Of a stretch of DNA of 64,000 nt, positions 19,498 to 30,163 are shown piece by piece. The stretch is taken from assembly GCA_963828695.1 (NCBI GenBank), contig CAWHFS010000001.1, forward strand, positions 967,824-1,031,823, written 5' to 3'. Each line of letters begins with the position of its first letter. The stretch's first letter is position 1. The stretch comes from an uncultured Alphaproteobacteria bacterium (GTDB taxonomy: Bacteria; Pseudomonadota; Alphaproteobacteria; Rhizobiales; Xanthobacteraceae). The position numbers and the translations under genes were made by a program. Below the pieces are notes generated by a model that saw only the letters and a program-made list of their open reading frames with translations, was not told the DNA's origin and did not search any database.

Positions 19498-19995
19498 CTA
19501 CGAACTGACCCCGAGCACGGTGACTGCACGGCGGTTTTGCGACCAGCAGGAGATATCGTCGCAGACTGCCACCGGTCGCTCCTTGCCATACGAGATGGTG
19601 CGCATACGGTTCGCCGCCACGCCGCGTGATATCAGATAGTCCCGCACCGTCTGGGCACGCCGGGCGCCAAGCGCAATGTTGTATTCGCGCGTACCGCGTT
19701 CGTCGGCGTGGCCTTCGACCGTAAACTGGACGTACTGATTATAGGTGTTGAGCCATTGCGCCTGCTTGTCGAGCGTTGCGCGCGACTGCGGCGTGAGCTC
19801 AGACGAGTCGGTTTCGAAGAACACGCGGTCGCCGACATTGACCACGAAGTCCTGCTGGCTGCCGGGCGTCGCCAGAGCGCCTGCGTTCGCCTGTGCGTTG
19901 TCGGCCGCCTTGTTGGCGCAGGCCGAGATAGCCAGCGCCGCTGCGAGTACGGCTGCGAGCCGGGCGCCGCGCACGATTTGCCTGAGATTGACCAT
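19498..19995 (-). CDS. pal: Peptidoglycan-associated lipoprotein Pal
   Basis: Lipobox ISAC, DRVFFETDSS, EGHADERGTREYNIALGARRA and SYGKERP. Confidence 0.97.
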   Translation of the reverse strand: MVNLRQIVRGARLAAVLAAALAISACANKAADNAQANAGALATPGSQQDFVVNVGDRVFFETDSSELTPQSRATLDKQAQWLNTYNQYVQFTVEGHADERGTREYNIALGARRAQTVRDYLISRGVAANRMRTISYGKERPVAVCDDISCWSQNRRAVTVLGVSS

Positions 19996-20132
19996 TCCGG
20001 TGCCTCCATTCTCAGCAATGACCGGGTTGGCATCCGGTCTAACAGGGCCTTCGTTAAGCGAACGTTCCATCAACCTTGATCGAACCTTTCACAGCGCCAC
20101 TAAAGCTCTCGGGACCCGGTAAACCTTTTATG

Positions 20133-20140
20133 ATGGTTAA
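20133..20140 (-). promoter_or_regulatory. CtrA 8-mer site (TTAACCAT) upstream of pal
   Basis: Plus-strand ATGGTTAA reads TTAACCAT on the coding strand, in the tolB-pal spacer. Confidence 0.5.
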
Positions 20141-20161
20141 GACCTCGTGAATATGGCGTGG

Positions 20162-21496
20162 TCACGACAGCAGCGGAGACCAGGCCGGATCCGACGCATA
20201 GCTCGGCGTTGGAACTTTCAACTGATTGCGGCCGGTAATGTCGATTGTGTAGAGAGACGGTCCACCGCCCGGATCGCTGAAATACATCATCACGCGGCCG
20301 TTGGGCGCGAACGTCGGACCCTCGTTGTGGAACCCTTCAGTGAGGATGCGCTCGCCTGAGCCGTCCGGCTTGAGGATGCCGATGGCAAATTGCCCGCGCG
20401 ATTGGCCGGTAAAGGCGATGTAGTCTCCCCGCGGCGACCAGACAGGTGTCGAGTGGTGGCCCTCGCCGAAGCTGATGCGCTGCGCTGGTCCGCCGTTGGC
20501 TGCCATCACGTAAATCTGCTGGGTGCCCCCGCGGTCGCTCTCGAAGCAGATACGGGCGCCGTCCGGCGAATAGCACGGTGCGGTGTCGATGGCCGGCGTA
20601 TCGGTGAGCCGCGTGGTCTGCTTCGAGCGCAGATCCATCACGAACAGGTTGGCGTTGCCGCCTTGCTGCAGGCTCATGATCACGCGCTGCCCATCGGGGG
20701 AAAATCGGGGAGCGAAGGTCATGCCGGGAAAATTGCCGACAATCTCCCGCTGGCCGGTCTCGATGTTGAGGAGGTATACGCGCGGATCGCCCTGGCCGTA
20801 GGACATGTACGTGATTTCTTGCGTCGACGGGTTGAAACGCGGGGTGAGCACAAGATCGTCACCGCGGGTGAGATAGCGCACGCCGGCACCGTCCTGGTCC
20901 ATGATGGCGAGCCGCTTTACCCGGCGCTGCTTCGGGCCGGTCTCATCCACGAAGACAATGCGGCTGTCGAAATAACCCTTCTCGCCGGTCAGCGTCTGGT
21001 AGATGGCGTCCGAGATGATGTGAGCGATACGCCGCCAGTTGTCGGGTGTGGTGAAATATTGTTTGCCGTCGAGCTGCTGACCGGCAAATACGTCCCACAG
21101 CCGAAATTCCGCCTTCAGCCGGCCATCGGGTTGTCGAGTGATGCGGCCAGTCACCAGCGCCTGTGCGTTGATCACGCGCCAATCGGCAAAGCGCGGGACG
21201 GCGTCGCTGTTGGTGATCTTTTCGGTGAATGCTTGCGGATTGATCGGCGCGAACAAACCGCTGCGCTGGAGATTGTTGGTGATGACGCCGCTGACGTTGC
21301 GCGCCGTTTCGGCTTCCGTTGGTGTGCCCGCCAGAAAGTCGGGCAACGCGATCGGCATCGGCTGCGGATTGCCCTGCGTAATGTCGAGGCGGAGCACCGC
21401 CTCCGCCGGCCGCGATTTGAGCGCCATGAGGGCGCCTGCGCTTGCGCCCAGCAACATGTGTCGTCGGTTCAGTTTCGCGGTTGTGCCTTCAATCAC
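20162..21496 (-). CDS. tolB: Tol-Pal beta-propeller protein TolB
   Basis: MPIALPDF, repeated PD40 motifs (PRFSPDG, PCYSPDG, PVWSPRG, PAWSP) and synteny. Confidence 0.97.
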   Translation of the reverse strand: MIEGTTAKLNRRHMLLGASAGALMALKSRPAEAVLRLDITQGNPQPMPIALPDFLAGTPTEAETARNVSGVITNNLQRSGLFAPINPQAFTEKITNSDAVPRFADWRVINAQALVTGRITRQPDGRLKAEFRLWDVFAGQQLDGKQYFTTPDNWRRIAHIISDAIYQTLTGEKGYFDSRIVFVDETGPKQRRVKRLAIMDQDGAGVRYLTRGDDLVLTPRFNPSTQEITYMSYGQGDPRVYLLNIETGQREIVGNFPGMTFAPRFSPDGQRVIMSLQQGGNANLFVMDLRSKQTTRLTDTPAIDTAPCYSPDGARICFESDRGGTQQIYVMAANGGPAQRISFGEGHHSTPVWSPRGDYIAFTGQSRGQFAIGILKPDGSGERILTEGFHNEGPTFAPNGRVMMYFSDPGGGPSLYTIDITGRNQLKVPTPSYASDPAWSPLLS

Positions 21497-21505
21497 GGAA
21501 TTGGA

Positions 21506-22369
21506 TTACCTCAATGGAATATCGTTGAACATTTCCCTGGTATCGAAAGTGAAGTCGATTTCCTTCCAGATATCGTAGTGTTCGGGGCGCAGCATAGTGT
21601 AGGGCTGTCCAACAAAGACGGCACGAACCGCACTGTCACGCATCGCATTGAATTGCGCGCCGCTGCCGCTGGTCAAAACCTGCGGACCGGTAGCGAGCGT
21701 ACCGTCACGTTTGAATCTGATCCGGATCGTGACCTGCCCGTTCTGGGCATCCCGCATGCCGACCGGCGGATTCCACAGCGCCATCAGCCTCGCGCGCAGC
21801 GCGTCGATTTCCGATTGCGACAGTTTGGCGGCGTTGCCCATGGCGGCGCCCATCGAGGGCGTCGAATTGAGCTGTTCGCCTGTCGCCGCATGACGCTGCG
21901 GGTCGCGCTTGTCGAGCAGGGCGGCGATCTTGTCCGGTTCAAACTTGGGCTGCTTGCGCTCAGGCCGCTTCGGCGGCAGCGGCTTGGGTTCGGCCTTGGC
22001 TTCGTCCTTCTTTTTTTCCTGTTGCTCTTTCTTGAGCTTGTCGGCGATCGGGTCGGATTGCGGTTCGAGTGGCTTTTCTGCCGTCGGTTTGATTTCCTTC
22101 TTCTCGGTCAGCTTGGCGATTATTTCCTCCGCGGTCACCGTCGGCTTCTCTTCCTTCTTCTCCACAATCGGTTTCGGCTTCTCGACCGGCTTGGGCGCCT
22201 GCTTGATGCCCTTGGTCAGTTCGGAGAATTCCTTTTCGCTGACCAGATCGACCGGCAGCGATTCCGCCGGCGTGACCTCGAAGGTCTTGCCAGAGAACGA
22301 CACGACCGCGAACAGCAGCACTGCCACATGCAGCCCTGTCGAAATCGCCGATGCGGTCCGCATCTCCAT
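21506..22369 (-). CDS. tolA: TolA (energy transducer, TonB-like C-terminus)
   Basis: N-terminal TM with SxxxH (STGLHVAVLL), Lys/Glu/Pro-rich linker and TonB_C-like end. Lies between tolR and tolB. Confidence 0.9.
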   Translation of the reverse strand: MEMRTASAISTGLHVAVLLFAVVSFSGKTFEVTPAESLPVDLVSEKEFSELTKGIKQAPKPVEKPKPIVEKKEEKPTVTAEEIIAKLTEKKEIKPTAEKPLEPQSDPIADKLKKEQQEKKKDEAKAEPKPLPPKRPERKQPKFEPDKIAALLDKRDPQRHAATGEQLNSTPSMGAAMGNAAKLSQSEIDALRARLMALWNPPVGMRDAQNGQVTIRIRFKRDGTLATGPQVLTSGSGAQFNAMRDSAVRAVFVGQPYTMLRPEHYDIWKEIDFTFDTREMFNDIPLR

Positions 22370-22371
22370 GA

Positions 22372-22827
22372 CTATTGTGCTCTCGAACCCTGCTCGAATT
22401 CCGTGACCAGGGCCACCCGGTGGAAACCGGCCGCCGACAGCTGTCCCATCACTTTCATCATGCTACCGTAGTTCACGCTCTTGTCCCCGCGCACATAGAT
22501 ACGCGCCTCGGTGCCGCCGCGTGCCTGCGCGACCGCCTGCAGCTTGGGGATCAGGTCGTCGACACTGATTTCTTCATTCTGCAGAAAAATCTGGCCTTTC
22601 TCATTCACCGAAAGGGTAAGTGGTTCCTTGTCCTGATCGAGGCTCTTGGCCTGACTCTGCGGCAGGTCGATCGGCACGCCAACGGTGAGCAGCGGCGCCG
22701 AGACCATGAAGATGATGAGCAGCACCAGCATCACGTCCACCATCGGCGTGACGTTGATCTCGCTCATCACCTTGCGGCGATGATGCTTTCTGCGTCCAAT
22801 GACGGGCGTGCCGGCATTCGCGGCCAT
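22372..22827 (-). CDS. tolR: TolR
   Basis: SEINVTPMVDVMLVLLIIFMVSAP and YVRGDK. Confidence 0.96.
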   Translation of the reverse strand: MAANAGTPVIGRRKHHRRKVMSEINVTPMVDVMLVLLIIFMVSAPLLTVGVPIDLPQSQAKSLDQDKEPLTLSVNEKGQIFLQNEEISVDDLIPKLQAVAQARGGTEARIYVRGDKSVNYGSMMKVMGQLSAAGFHRVALVTEFEQGSRAQ

Positions 22828-22839
22828 GGAAACGTCCCC

Positions 22840-23553
<714 letters not shown>

Positions 23554-23775
23554 GGGCACGTCCCTTTCCGCTCTCCGGCTTCGTCGGTCAAACCGGCGCG
23601 GGCACAATGCTCGGACCAAACGGGCGCGCCGGGGCGATACCGCTCACGCGCTCAGCCGAAAACCGCAGGTTTCGCGAAAACTCGTCCCGCCACCGTCAGC
23701 TTTACGAATTCCCCGCGAAACTTGGCCAAACTAGGGCGCAAGACCGGTGTTTGAGATACCTAGACAGCGCTGATT

Positions 23776-23794
23776 ATGGTTAAGGAGTGGTTAC
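23776..23794 (-). promoter_or_regulatory. CtrA-like binding site upstream of tolQ
   Basis: Coding strand GTAA-CCACTCC-TTAACCAT: one mismatch to TTAA-N7-TTAAC and includes the TTAACCAT 8-mer. Confidence 0.6.
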
Positions 23795-23826
23795 CGCTAC
23801 GCAGCCTTGGCGCGCAAGCCGGCATG

Positions 23827-23869
23827 AAAAACAAAAGGGCCGTCCGCTTCGGGAAAAGCGGACGGCCCT
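23827..23869 (-). terminator. Intrinsic terminator after the DUF2852 gene
   Basis: GGGCCGTCCGCTT-CGGGA-AAGCGGACGGCCC hairpin followed by a U-tract on the minus strand. Confidence 0.85.
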
Positions 23870-23893
23870 CAAGCGCAGAGGGATTACGCTCGC

Positions 23894-24334
23894 TTAGTTC
23901 GCCGGAGGCGGACTTTCGGGGGCCGGACGATTGCGGCGCTCGGCCATGAACTGATCGAACTCGGTCTTGTCCTTGGCGAAGCGCAGACGCTCCAGGAATT
24001 GGCGAAACTCGCGCTGCTCTTCTTCCAGCCGGCGCAAGGTATCTGCTCGGTATTCGTCGAAAGCGTGATTGCCACTCGACGGCGCGTAGTTCCAGGGGCC
24101 ACTCCCCATTCTTTCGCGCATCCAGTCCATCTTGCGCTGCATGCGCTCCATCTTGTGCTGCCAGCGGCCGAACCCGTGGCCTTGGCTGCCGTAATATCCG
24201 CATCCCATTCTTCCGCTCCATACAGTGAAGGCGAGCGCGGCCAAGCCCAGCGGCCACCAAGCCATGAACCCGAGCACGATCAGTGCGATCCAGGCGGGTT
24301 TACCGAATTCATCGAGCTTTGCGGTGATAGGCAT
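23894..24334 (-). CDS. DUF2852 domain protein
   Basis: WIALIVLGFMAWWPLGL and SSGNHAFDEYRADTLRRLEEEQREF...AKDKTEFDQFM. Confidence 0.85.
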   Translation of the reverse strand: MPITAKLDEFGKPAWIALIVLGFMAWWPLGLAALAFTVWSGRMGCGYYGSQGHGFGRWQHKMERMQRKMDWMRERMGSGPWNYAPSSGNHAFDEYRADTLRRLEEEQREFRQFLERLRFAKDKTEFDQFMAERRNRPAPESPPPAN

Positions 24335-24350
24335 TGCGGGCCTCGCGTGA

Positions 24351-24369
24351 ATGTAAATAACATTTACAT
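24351..24369. promoter_or_regulatory. Candidate TetR operator upstream of DUF2852
   Basis: Perfect inverted repeat ATGTAAAT-AAC-ATTTACAT. Confidence 0.65.
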
Positions 24370-24457
24370 GATTAGGGACACGGCGTGCCGATGTCAAGAC
24401 CCTTTACATAGGAAGCGCCGGTTGGGTTGCGACCCCCTGTGGATTGCGCGCGATTGA

Positions 24458-25108
24458 TCACTGACGGCCAGACGCCGCGCCCCCCGCCAGGCCGAGCCCG
24501 CGCAGGTAGATCAGCACCGCTGCCTCCAGCAATTCTTCGGGCGGCATCGGCAGCGCACGCCGCGCAGCGTCGCCGCGCCCGAACAGCGATGCGATGCCGT
24601 GGGTCATCGACCAGATGTGGAGCGCCACCATGAGGGCCGGCGGGCGCGCCGGTGCCGGCATGAGTGCCACCAGTTCTTCGGCCGCACCGCGCAGCACAGC
24701 GAAGGCCCGCTCGCCGGCCTCGCGCAATTGCGGATCGGTATCAAGCGGGACACCGGCCTCGAACATCGCCGAATAATACGCCGGTTCGCGCTTGGCGAAG
24801 TCGAGATAGGCTCTTCCGAGCCGGTCGAAGGCGGACATCACGTCCGGGCGGCCCTCGTCCCAGGCTTTTGCCAGCGCTGCAGTGAATTCCTCAAAACCGC
24901 GCCGCGCAACATCGGCAAGTAAGGCATCACGGTCGCGGAAATGCCGGTAAGGCGCCGCCGGCGAAACGCCAGCCGAGCGCGCGGCGTCGGCGAAGGTGAA
25001 GCCGGCCGGCCCCTTCTCCGCAATCAATTCCAGCGCGGCGCGTACCAGGGCTTCCTTCAGATTGCCGTGGTGATAGCCGCGCGGCCCGGCGCGCCTGCCC
25101 CATGTCAT
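24458..25108 (-). CDS. TetR/AcrR family regulator (TetR_C_33/WHG-like)
   Basis: YHHGNLKEALV, FTFADAARSAGVSPAAPYRHF and WSMTHGIASL. Confidence 0.92.
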   Translation of the reverse strand: MTWGRRAGPRGYHHGNLKEALVRAALELIAEKGPAGFTFADAARSAGVSPAAPYRHFRDRDALLADVARRGFEEFTAALAKAWDEGRPDVMSAFDRLGRAYLDFAKREPAYYSAMFEAGVPLDTDPQLREAGERAFAVLRGAAEELVALMPAPARPPALMVALHIWSMTHGIASLFGRGDAARRALPMPPEELLEAAVLIYLRGLGLAGGAASGRQ

Positions 25109-25125
25109 GTGAATGGCATTAACAT
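25107..25125. promoter_or_regulatory. Second, degenerate copy of the operator, overlapping the tetR start codon
   Basis: ATGTGAAT-GGC-ATTAACAT, two mismatches to the arms of the 24351-24369 palindrome. Confidence 0.55.
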
Positions 25126-25161
25126 GAATCCCGAGCCCGCGTCGATGCGGGCAACGTTTGT

Positions 25162-25761
25162 TCAGCCGCGGCGGTGCCGCGCTTCCAATGGCAGGCGGTC
25201 AAACAGCATCGGCCCCCCCGGCTGGGCACCTTCGATCGTCAGCAGGCGCAGCTTGGTCACGACGCCGCCGCTGGCCGAGAAGCCGCCGGTCTTGCCGCCT
25301 GCGGCCAGCACGCGGTGGCACGGCACAATCAGCGGAATCGGATTTTGCCCGAGGGCCTGCCCGACTTCGCGCGCCAGCATGCGATCGCCAAGACGCTGGG
25401 CAATCTCGCCGTACGACAATGTCTCGCCGGGCGGAATGCTTCGCGCAATGGCATAGACGCGGGAATTGAATTCCGGAATCCCGTCGATATCGAGCACCAC
25501 TCCGCTCAGATCGATTGGTTCGCCACGCAGGAGTGCAATGATTCCATCGATAGCGTGTTGCACGTCCGGTGACGGCACGGCTTCCCTCGCCGCAGGAAAG
25601 CGCCGCAGCACTCGCCTGCGTGTCGCAGCGAGGTTCGCCTCCGGAAGCTGAACACCGGCAACGCCCCGCTGGCTCCATACCAGGGCGCAGTTGCCTAAGG
25701 CCGTTTCAAATAATGCAAAGTTCTGACCGGACATAACGCAGAAAATACTAGCATGCGCCAT
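25162..25761 (-). CDS. ogt: Methylated-DNA--protein-cysteine methyltransferase (Ogt/MGMT)
   Basis: IPPGETLSYGEIA, AREVGQALGQNPIPLIVPCHRV active site. TGATG overlap with ybgC. Confidence 0.9.
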   Translation of the reverse strand: MAHASIFCVMSGQNFALFETALGNCALVWSQRGVAGVQLPEANLAATRRRVLRRFPAAREAVPSPDVQHAIDGIIALLRGEPIDLSGVVLDIDGIPEFNSRVYAIARSIPPGETLSYGEIAQRLGDRMLAREVGQALGQNPIPLIVPCHRVLAAGGKTGGFSASGGVVTKLRLLTIEGAQPGGPMLFDRLPLEARHRRG

Positions 25762-26222
25762 CAGCCCGCGCTGCCCGATTCCTGGTCCGCCTTCATGGCG
25801 ATGCGTAGCGGCTTGGGGATCGGCCTGGCGCGGCCGGCCGATACGAATGCGACCTGCACATGCGCTTCCACCAGGATGTCTTTGCCGCGCATTACCTTTT
25901 GATTGAGCATGACGGAAGCGCCCTTCACGTCTTCGGGCGCGGAGACGATATCGAGCACGTCATCCATGTGCGCGGGCTTACGGAAATCGATGCTCATGTG
26001 GCGCACGACGAAAGCAAAACCGGGCGCCTCCTTCTCGGCCTGCTCGAACATGGCGCGGTGATCGGCGCCGATCAGACGAAGATAGTTGGTGCGCCCGCGT
26101 TCCATGAAACGCAGATAGCTGGCGTGATAGACCACGCCGGAAAAATCGGTGTCTTCGTAGTAGACGCGTACCTGCTGATGGTGCCTGCCGTCGCGAATTT
26201 CGCCATCAAGAGGTGACGTCAT
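25761..26222 (-). CDS. ybgC: Tol-Pal associated acyl-CoA thioesterase YbgC
   Basis: VRVYYEDTDFSGVVYHASYLRFMERGRT. Confidence 0.95.
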   Translation of the reverse strand: MTSPLDGEIRDGRHHQQVRVYYEDTDFSGVVYHASYLRFMERGRTNYLRLIGADHRAMFEQAEKEAPGFAFVVRHMSIDFRKPAHMDDVLDIVSAPEDVKGASVMLNQKVMRGKDILVEAHVQVAFVSAGRARPIPKPLRIAMKADQESGSAG

Positions 26223-26229
26223 GTCTGCG

Positions 26230-26625
26230 TCATCCCGCCAGCGGCAAGATGTGGTCGCGCATCAGCGGAGCGAGCGGCAAATCGGGGAGCGTCCGCGGAT
26301 CAACCCAAACAACCTGATCGATCTCGGCCTGAGGCCTCACCGCGCCTTCGATGTCAACCGCGTACACGGCGGCTCGTACCTGGAAGCCGGGCTCGTTCGC
26401 CGCCGCACAATCAAACACACCGAGCGCCCGCGCGCTATTTTCCGTGACGCGGCAGCCCAGTTCCTCGACGATCTCACGCGATAGCGCGGCGATATCGCTT
26501 TCGCCATCGTCGCGTTTACCGCCGGGCTGCATGAAGGCCGCTGTACCGCGCTTGCGTACCAGCAGCACCCGGCCCGTATCATCGCGGATCAACGCGGCGA
26601 CCACGCGGATGATCCTCTCATTCAT
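26230..26625 (-). CDS. NUDIX hydrolase
   Basis: Nudix box [24 protein letters not shown]. Confidence 0.92.
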   Translation of the reverse strand: MNERIIRVVAALIRDDTGRVLLVRKRGTAAFMQPGGKRDDGESDIAALSREIVEELGCRVTENSARALGVFDCAAANEPGFQVRAAVYAVDIEGAVRPQAEIDQVVWVDPRTLPDLPLAPLMRDHILPLAG

Positions 26626-27662
26626 TCATCGTCTCCCGAAAACAGCCCAAACTGACTTGGATCGCGTGCGGGTTCTGCCAGACCGAGATGCTTGAATGCG
26701 TGGGAAGTCAGCAACCGGCCGCGCGGGGTCCGCTGGATGAAACCCTTCTGGATCAGGAACGGCTCGATGATGTCTTCAATGGCGTCGCGCGGCTCAGACA
26801 GCGCAGCCGCGAGCGTGTCGACACCTACCGGGCCGCCGCCGTAACTCGACGCGATGGTGGTGAGATAGCGCCGGTCCATGGCGTCAAGCCCGGCGGCATC
26901 GACCTCCAATTCGCCGAGCGCACGGTCGGCCACCTTGCGGTCGATGGCCTTGGCGCCGTCGACATGGGCGAAGTCACGTACCCGGCGCAGGAGACGCCCG
27001 GCAATACGCGGCGTGCCGCGGGCGCGACGCGCGATCTCGTTGGCGCCGTCGGCGCTCATGCCGATGCCGAGCACGCGGGCACCGCGATTGACAATCTCTT
27101 CCAGCTCGCCTTCCGAGTAGAAATTCAGCCGTACCGGAATGCCAAAACGGTCGCGCAGCGGATTGGTCAGTAACCCGGCGCGGGTGGTGGCGCCGACCAG
27201 CGTAAAGGGCGCGAGCTCTATCTTTACGGAGCGCGCCGCCGGCCCCTCGCCGATGATCAGGTCCAGCTGGAAATCTTCCATCGCCGGGTAGAGGATTTCC
27301 TCTACCGCCGGGTTGAGCCGGTGGATTTCATCGATGAACAACACGTCGCGCGCTTCCAGATTGGTCAACAGCGCGGCGAGATCGCCGGCTTTTGCAATCA
27401 CTGGACCGGATGTTGCACGAAAGTTCACGCCCAGTTCGCGCGCAACGATCTGCGCAAGCGTCGTCTTGCCGAGGCCCGGCGGACCGACGAACAGCACATG
27501 ATCCAACGCCTCTTTACGCGCGCGCGCAGCCTCGATGAACACCGACAGGTTCGCGCGTGCCTTCTCCTGGCCGATGAAATCCGCGAGACGCTGCGGACGC
27601 AATGATGCATCCACGTCGTCGTCACGTCGTTCGGCGGCCATCAGGCGGCGCGGACTGTTCAT
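26622..27662 (-). CDS. ruvB: Holliday junction branch migration helicase RuvB
   Basis: [30 protein letters not shown] and [16 protein letters not shown]. Confidence 0.98.
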   Translation of the reverse strand: MNSPRRLMAAERRDDDVDASLRPQRLADFIGQEKARANLSVFIEAARARKEALDHVLFVGPPGLGKTTLAQIVARELGVNFRATSGPVIAKAGDLAALLTNLEARDVLFIDEIHRLNPAVEEILYPAMEDFQLDLIIGEGPAARSVKIELAPFTLVGATTRAGLLTNPLRDRFGIPVRLNFYSEGELEEIVNRGARVLGIGMSADGANEIARRARGTPRIAGRLLRRVRDFAHVDGAKAIDRKVADRALGELEVDAAGLDAMDRRYLTTIASSYGGGPVGVDTLAAALSEPRDAIEDIIEPFLIQKGFIQRTPRGRLLTSHAFKHLGLAEPARDPSQFGLFSGDDE

Positions 27663-28276
27663 TTCGCCAGCTCCTTGAGGCCCTGCCGAATGAGCGTCGC
27701 GGTATCGGCGCCCTCCCCGGCGTTGCGCGACGCGGCGGCAATCGCGGCGGCCGCCTGCGGCTGGCCATAGCCGAGATTGACCAGTGCGGAGACCGCGTCA
27801 GCGACCGGCTTGGGCGCGCGCTTCTCATCGAGCGCGCCAGCCAGATGCACGACCGCCGGATCGACACTGGCAAACGCCGGCGCCTTGTCCTTCAACTCCG
27901 TCACAATGCGCTCGGCCACCTTTGGACCGACGCCGGGCGCTCGCGCCACCGCCACCTTGTCGCGCATTGCGATCGCCGAAGCCAGTTCGGCCGCCTTCAG
28001 CGTGCTCAGCACCGACAGCGCCACCTTGGCGCCGACGCCCTGCACGGTCTGCAACAGGCGGAACCACTCGCGCTCAACGTCGCTCGCGAAGCCGAACAAT
28101 TTAATCTGGTCCTCGCGCACATACGTTTCGATCGATAGCGTGGCCGGCTCACCGGTACCGGGCAGCGCTTGAAGGGTGCGCGCCGAACAATGCACCTGAT
28201 AGCCGACGCCGCCGACATCGAGGACGATGTAGTCCTCGCCGTACGAATCGATGCTGCCCTTGAGCTTGCCGATCAT
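27659..28276 (-). CDS. ruvA: Holliday junction binding protein RuvA
   Basis: [39 protein letters not shown] and ALVNLGY. Confidence 0.97.
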   Translation of the reverse strand: MIGKLKGSIDSYGEDYIVLDVGGVGYQVHCSARTLQALPGTGEPATLSIETYVREDQIKLFGFASDVEREWFRLLQTVQGVGAKVALSVLSTLKAAELASAIAMRDKVAVARAPGVGPKVAERIVTELKDKAPAFASVDPAVVHLAGALDEKRAPKPVADAVSALVNLGYGQPQAAAAIAAASRNAGEGADTATLIRQGLKELAK

Positions 28277-28782
28277 CGTGCCGCCACCTTGAGCAATACG
28301 CTGCTGCGGTGATGCGCGTGGCATACCGCAATGGCAAGCGCGTCGGCTGCGTCTTCGCTCTGCGGATCCGCCTTTGGAAGTAGCACACCGATCATCATGC
28401 GGATCTGCATCTTCTCGCCGTGGCCTGCGCCAACCACGGTTTTTTTCACCACGTTGGGCGCGTATTCCGCCACCGTCAGTCCGGCCTTGGCCGGCACGAG
28501 CATCGCGACGCCGCGGGCCTGACCGAGTTTGAGGGTCGCCGCCGCATTGGTGTTGACGAACGTATTCTCCACCGCAGCCTCGTGCGGATGGTAGCGCTTG
28601 ATCACGGCGCCAAGCCCGTCATGAATGGCCACCAGCCGCAGGCCGAGCTCGGCCCTGTCGCTGGTTTCCAGCGAACCGCATGCGACGTGAATCAGCCTGT
28701 TGCCGTCGACCTCGATCAGGCCCCACCCGGTGCGCCGGAGCCCCGGATCGATGCCGAGAATGCGAATCGGATGCCCGACCAT
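28273..28782 (-). CDS. ruvC: Crossover junction endodeoxyribonuclease RuvC
   Basis: [27 protein letters not shown] and DAADALAIA. Confidence 0.97.
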   Translation of the reverse strand: MVGHPIRILGIDPGLRRTGWGLIEVDGNRLIHVACGSLETSDRAELGLRLVAIHDGLGAVIKRYHPHEAAVENTFVNTNAAATLKLGQARGVAMLVPAKAGLTVAEYAPNVVKKTVVGAGHGEKMQIRMMIGVLLPKADPQSEDAADALAIAVCHAHHRSSVLLKVAAR

Positions 28783-28918
28783 GGTCCGTTGATAGCCCCG
28801 CCGCCCGTTCGGGCATAGAGCGCTGAGCTTTCAGCTCCCCAGGCCTCCCCTGTTCAGTCATGCGGCCCATTCGGCAGTCGCAATGGACAGCCGGACGCAG
28901 GCCGTTAAGGTTCCGGCC

Positions 28919-30163
28919 ATGCCGGGTTCGCCCTCTTCCGCACGCCGCCGCGGCCGCCGGGCCGTCATCATTGGCGGCTCGATGTCGGGGCTGTTCAGCG
29001 CCGCATTTCTCCGCCAGATCGGCTGGGACGTCGATGTCTATGAGCGATCGCGCGTCGAACTGGTCGGGCGCGGCGCCGGCATCACGGGCCATCCGGAATT
29101 GCTGGAGGCCCTGGAAGCAAGCGGCGCCGGCACCAGAGACCTCGGCGTCGAGGTGCCCAAGCGGATCGCCATAGACCGCGACGGCCGCGTAACCGACGAG
29201 CGCCCGTTGCGGCAAATCCTCACATCCTGGGACCGGTTGCAACGCTTGCTGCGCGATACGATCGACGAAGCACATTATCATCTTGGCTGGAATTTCGAAC
29301 GCGTTGACCAGGACGAGCGCGGCGTGCGCGTCCGGTTTTCCGGTGATCGCGTCGAGCACGCCGACATTCTCGTCGGCGGCGATGGCATCCGCTCGAGCGT
29401 GCGCGCGCAAATGGCACCCGAGGTACAACCGGTCTATGCAGGCTACTACATCTGGCGCGGGGCGCCCAACGAGGCAGACCTTGCCCCGGAAACGCTGCGC
29501 AGCATCTATCCGCTGTTCACCTTCTACCTGCCCAAACGGCAGCAGGTAATCACCTATCCAATCGCAGGCTTCGACAACGATCTGCGTCCAGGCAGGCGAC
29601 GTTTCAATTTCATCTGGTACCGGGTCGCCGACGCCGATCAGCTTCGCGACATGTGCGTCGACGAAAACGGTATGCAGCATGAATATTCGGTGCCGCCGCC
29701 GCTGGTCCGCAAGGATCTGATCGCAAAAATGCATGACGACGCCCGCGCGATCTTGCCTCCAGCCCTGCTCGACAGCCTGATGAAGATCAAGCAACCATTT
29801 ATCACGCCGATTTACGATTTCACCGCGCCGCAAATTGTGTTCGGGCGCGTGGCAATGGTTGGCGATGCCGCGGCCAACGCGCGTCCGCACATGGGCTTTG
29901 GCATGGCCAAGGCCGGCACCGACGCGCAGGCGCTCGCCAAAGCCTTGCATGAAAATGATGACATCGACGTCGCACTGAAAGCCTACAACGCCGAGCGACA
30001 ACCGATCGGCAACAATATTGTCATGCATGGGCGCAAGCTCGGCACACATCTTGGTGTCAATCTGGAAACCGAAGAGGACCGGAAAATGCACGCGCTGCTG
30101 CAAAGCGATGGCGCGATGCTGGACTGGATCGCGGTGCCGCACTTTCTGGACGCCTATCGATGA
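28919..30163 (+). CDS. Group A flavin-dependent monooxygenase, 2,6-dihydroxypyridine 3-hydroxylase-like (alternative start 28883)
   Basis: AVIIGGSMSGL...DVYERS...GRGAGI, DG motif LVGGDGIRSSVR, YYIWRG and GD motif VGDAAANARPHMGFG. Confidence 0.85.
   Translation: MPGSPSSARRRGRRAVIIGGSMSGLFSAAFLRQIGWDVDVYERSRVELVGRGAGITGHPELLEALEASGAGTRDLGVEVPKRIAIDRDGRVTDERPLRQILTSWDRLQRLLRDTIDEAHYHLGWNFERVDQDERGVRVRFSGDRVEHADILVGGDGIRSSVRAQMAPEVQPVYAGYYIWRGAPNEADLAPETLRSIYPLFTFYLPKRQQVITYPIAGFDNDLRPGRRRFNFIWYRVADADQLRDMCVDENGMQHEYSVPPPLVRKDLIAKMHDDARAILPPALLDSLMKIKQPFITPIYDFTAPQIVFGRVAMVGDAAANARPHMGFGMAKAGTDAQALAKALHENDDIDVALKAYNAERQPIGNNIVMHGRKLGTHLGVNLETEEDRKMHALLQSDGAMLDWIAVPHFLDAYR

Noticed and set aside
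20390-22471. 693-aa plus-strand ORF, and similar long antisense or alternate-frame ORFs (15930-17735, 28619-30364, 38421-39914, 53287-54789, 3472-4506)
   Set aside because: Shadow ORFs opposite well-supported genes. They are expected in GC-rich DNA and carry no recognisable motifs.
28783-28918. LexA (SOS) box upstream of ruvC
   Set aside because: Only isolated GTTC/GAAC words, with no GTTC-N7-GTTC direct repeat.
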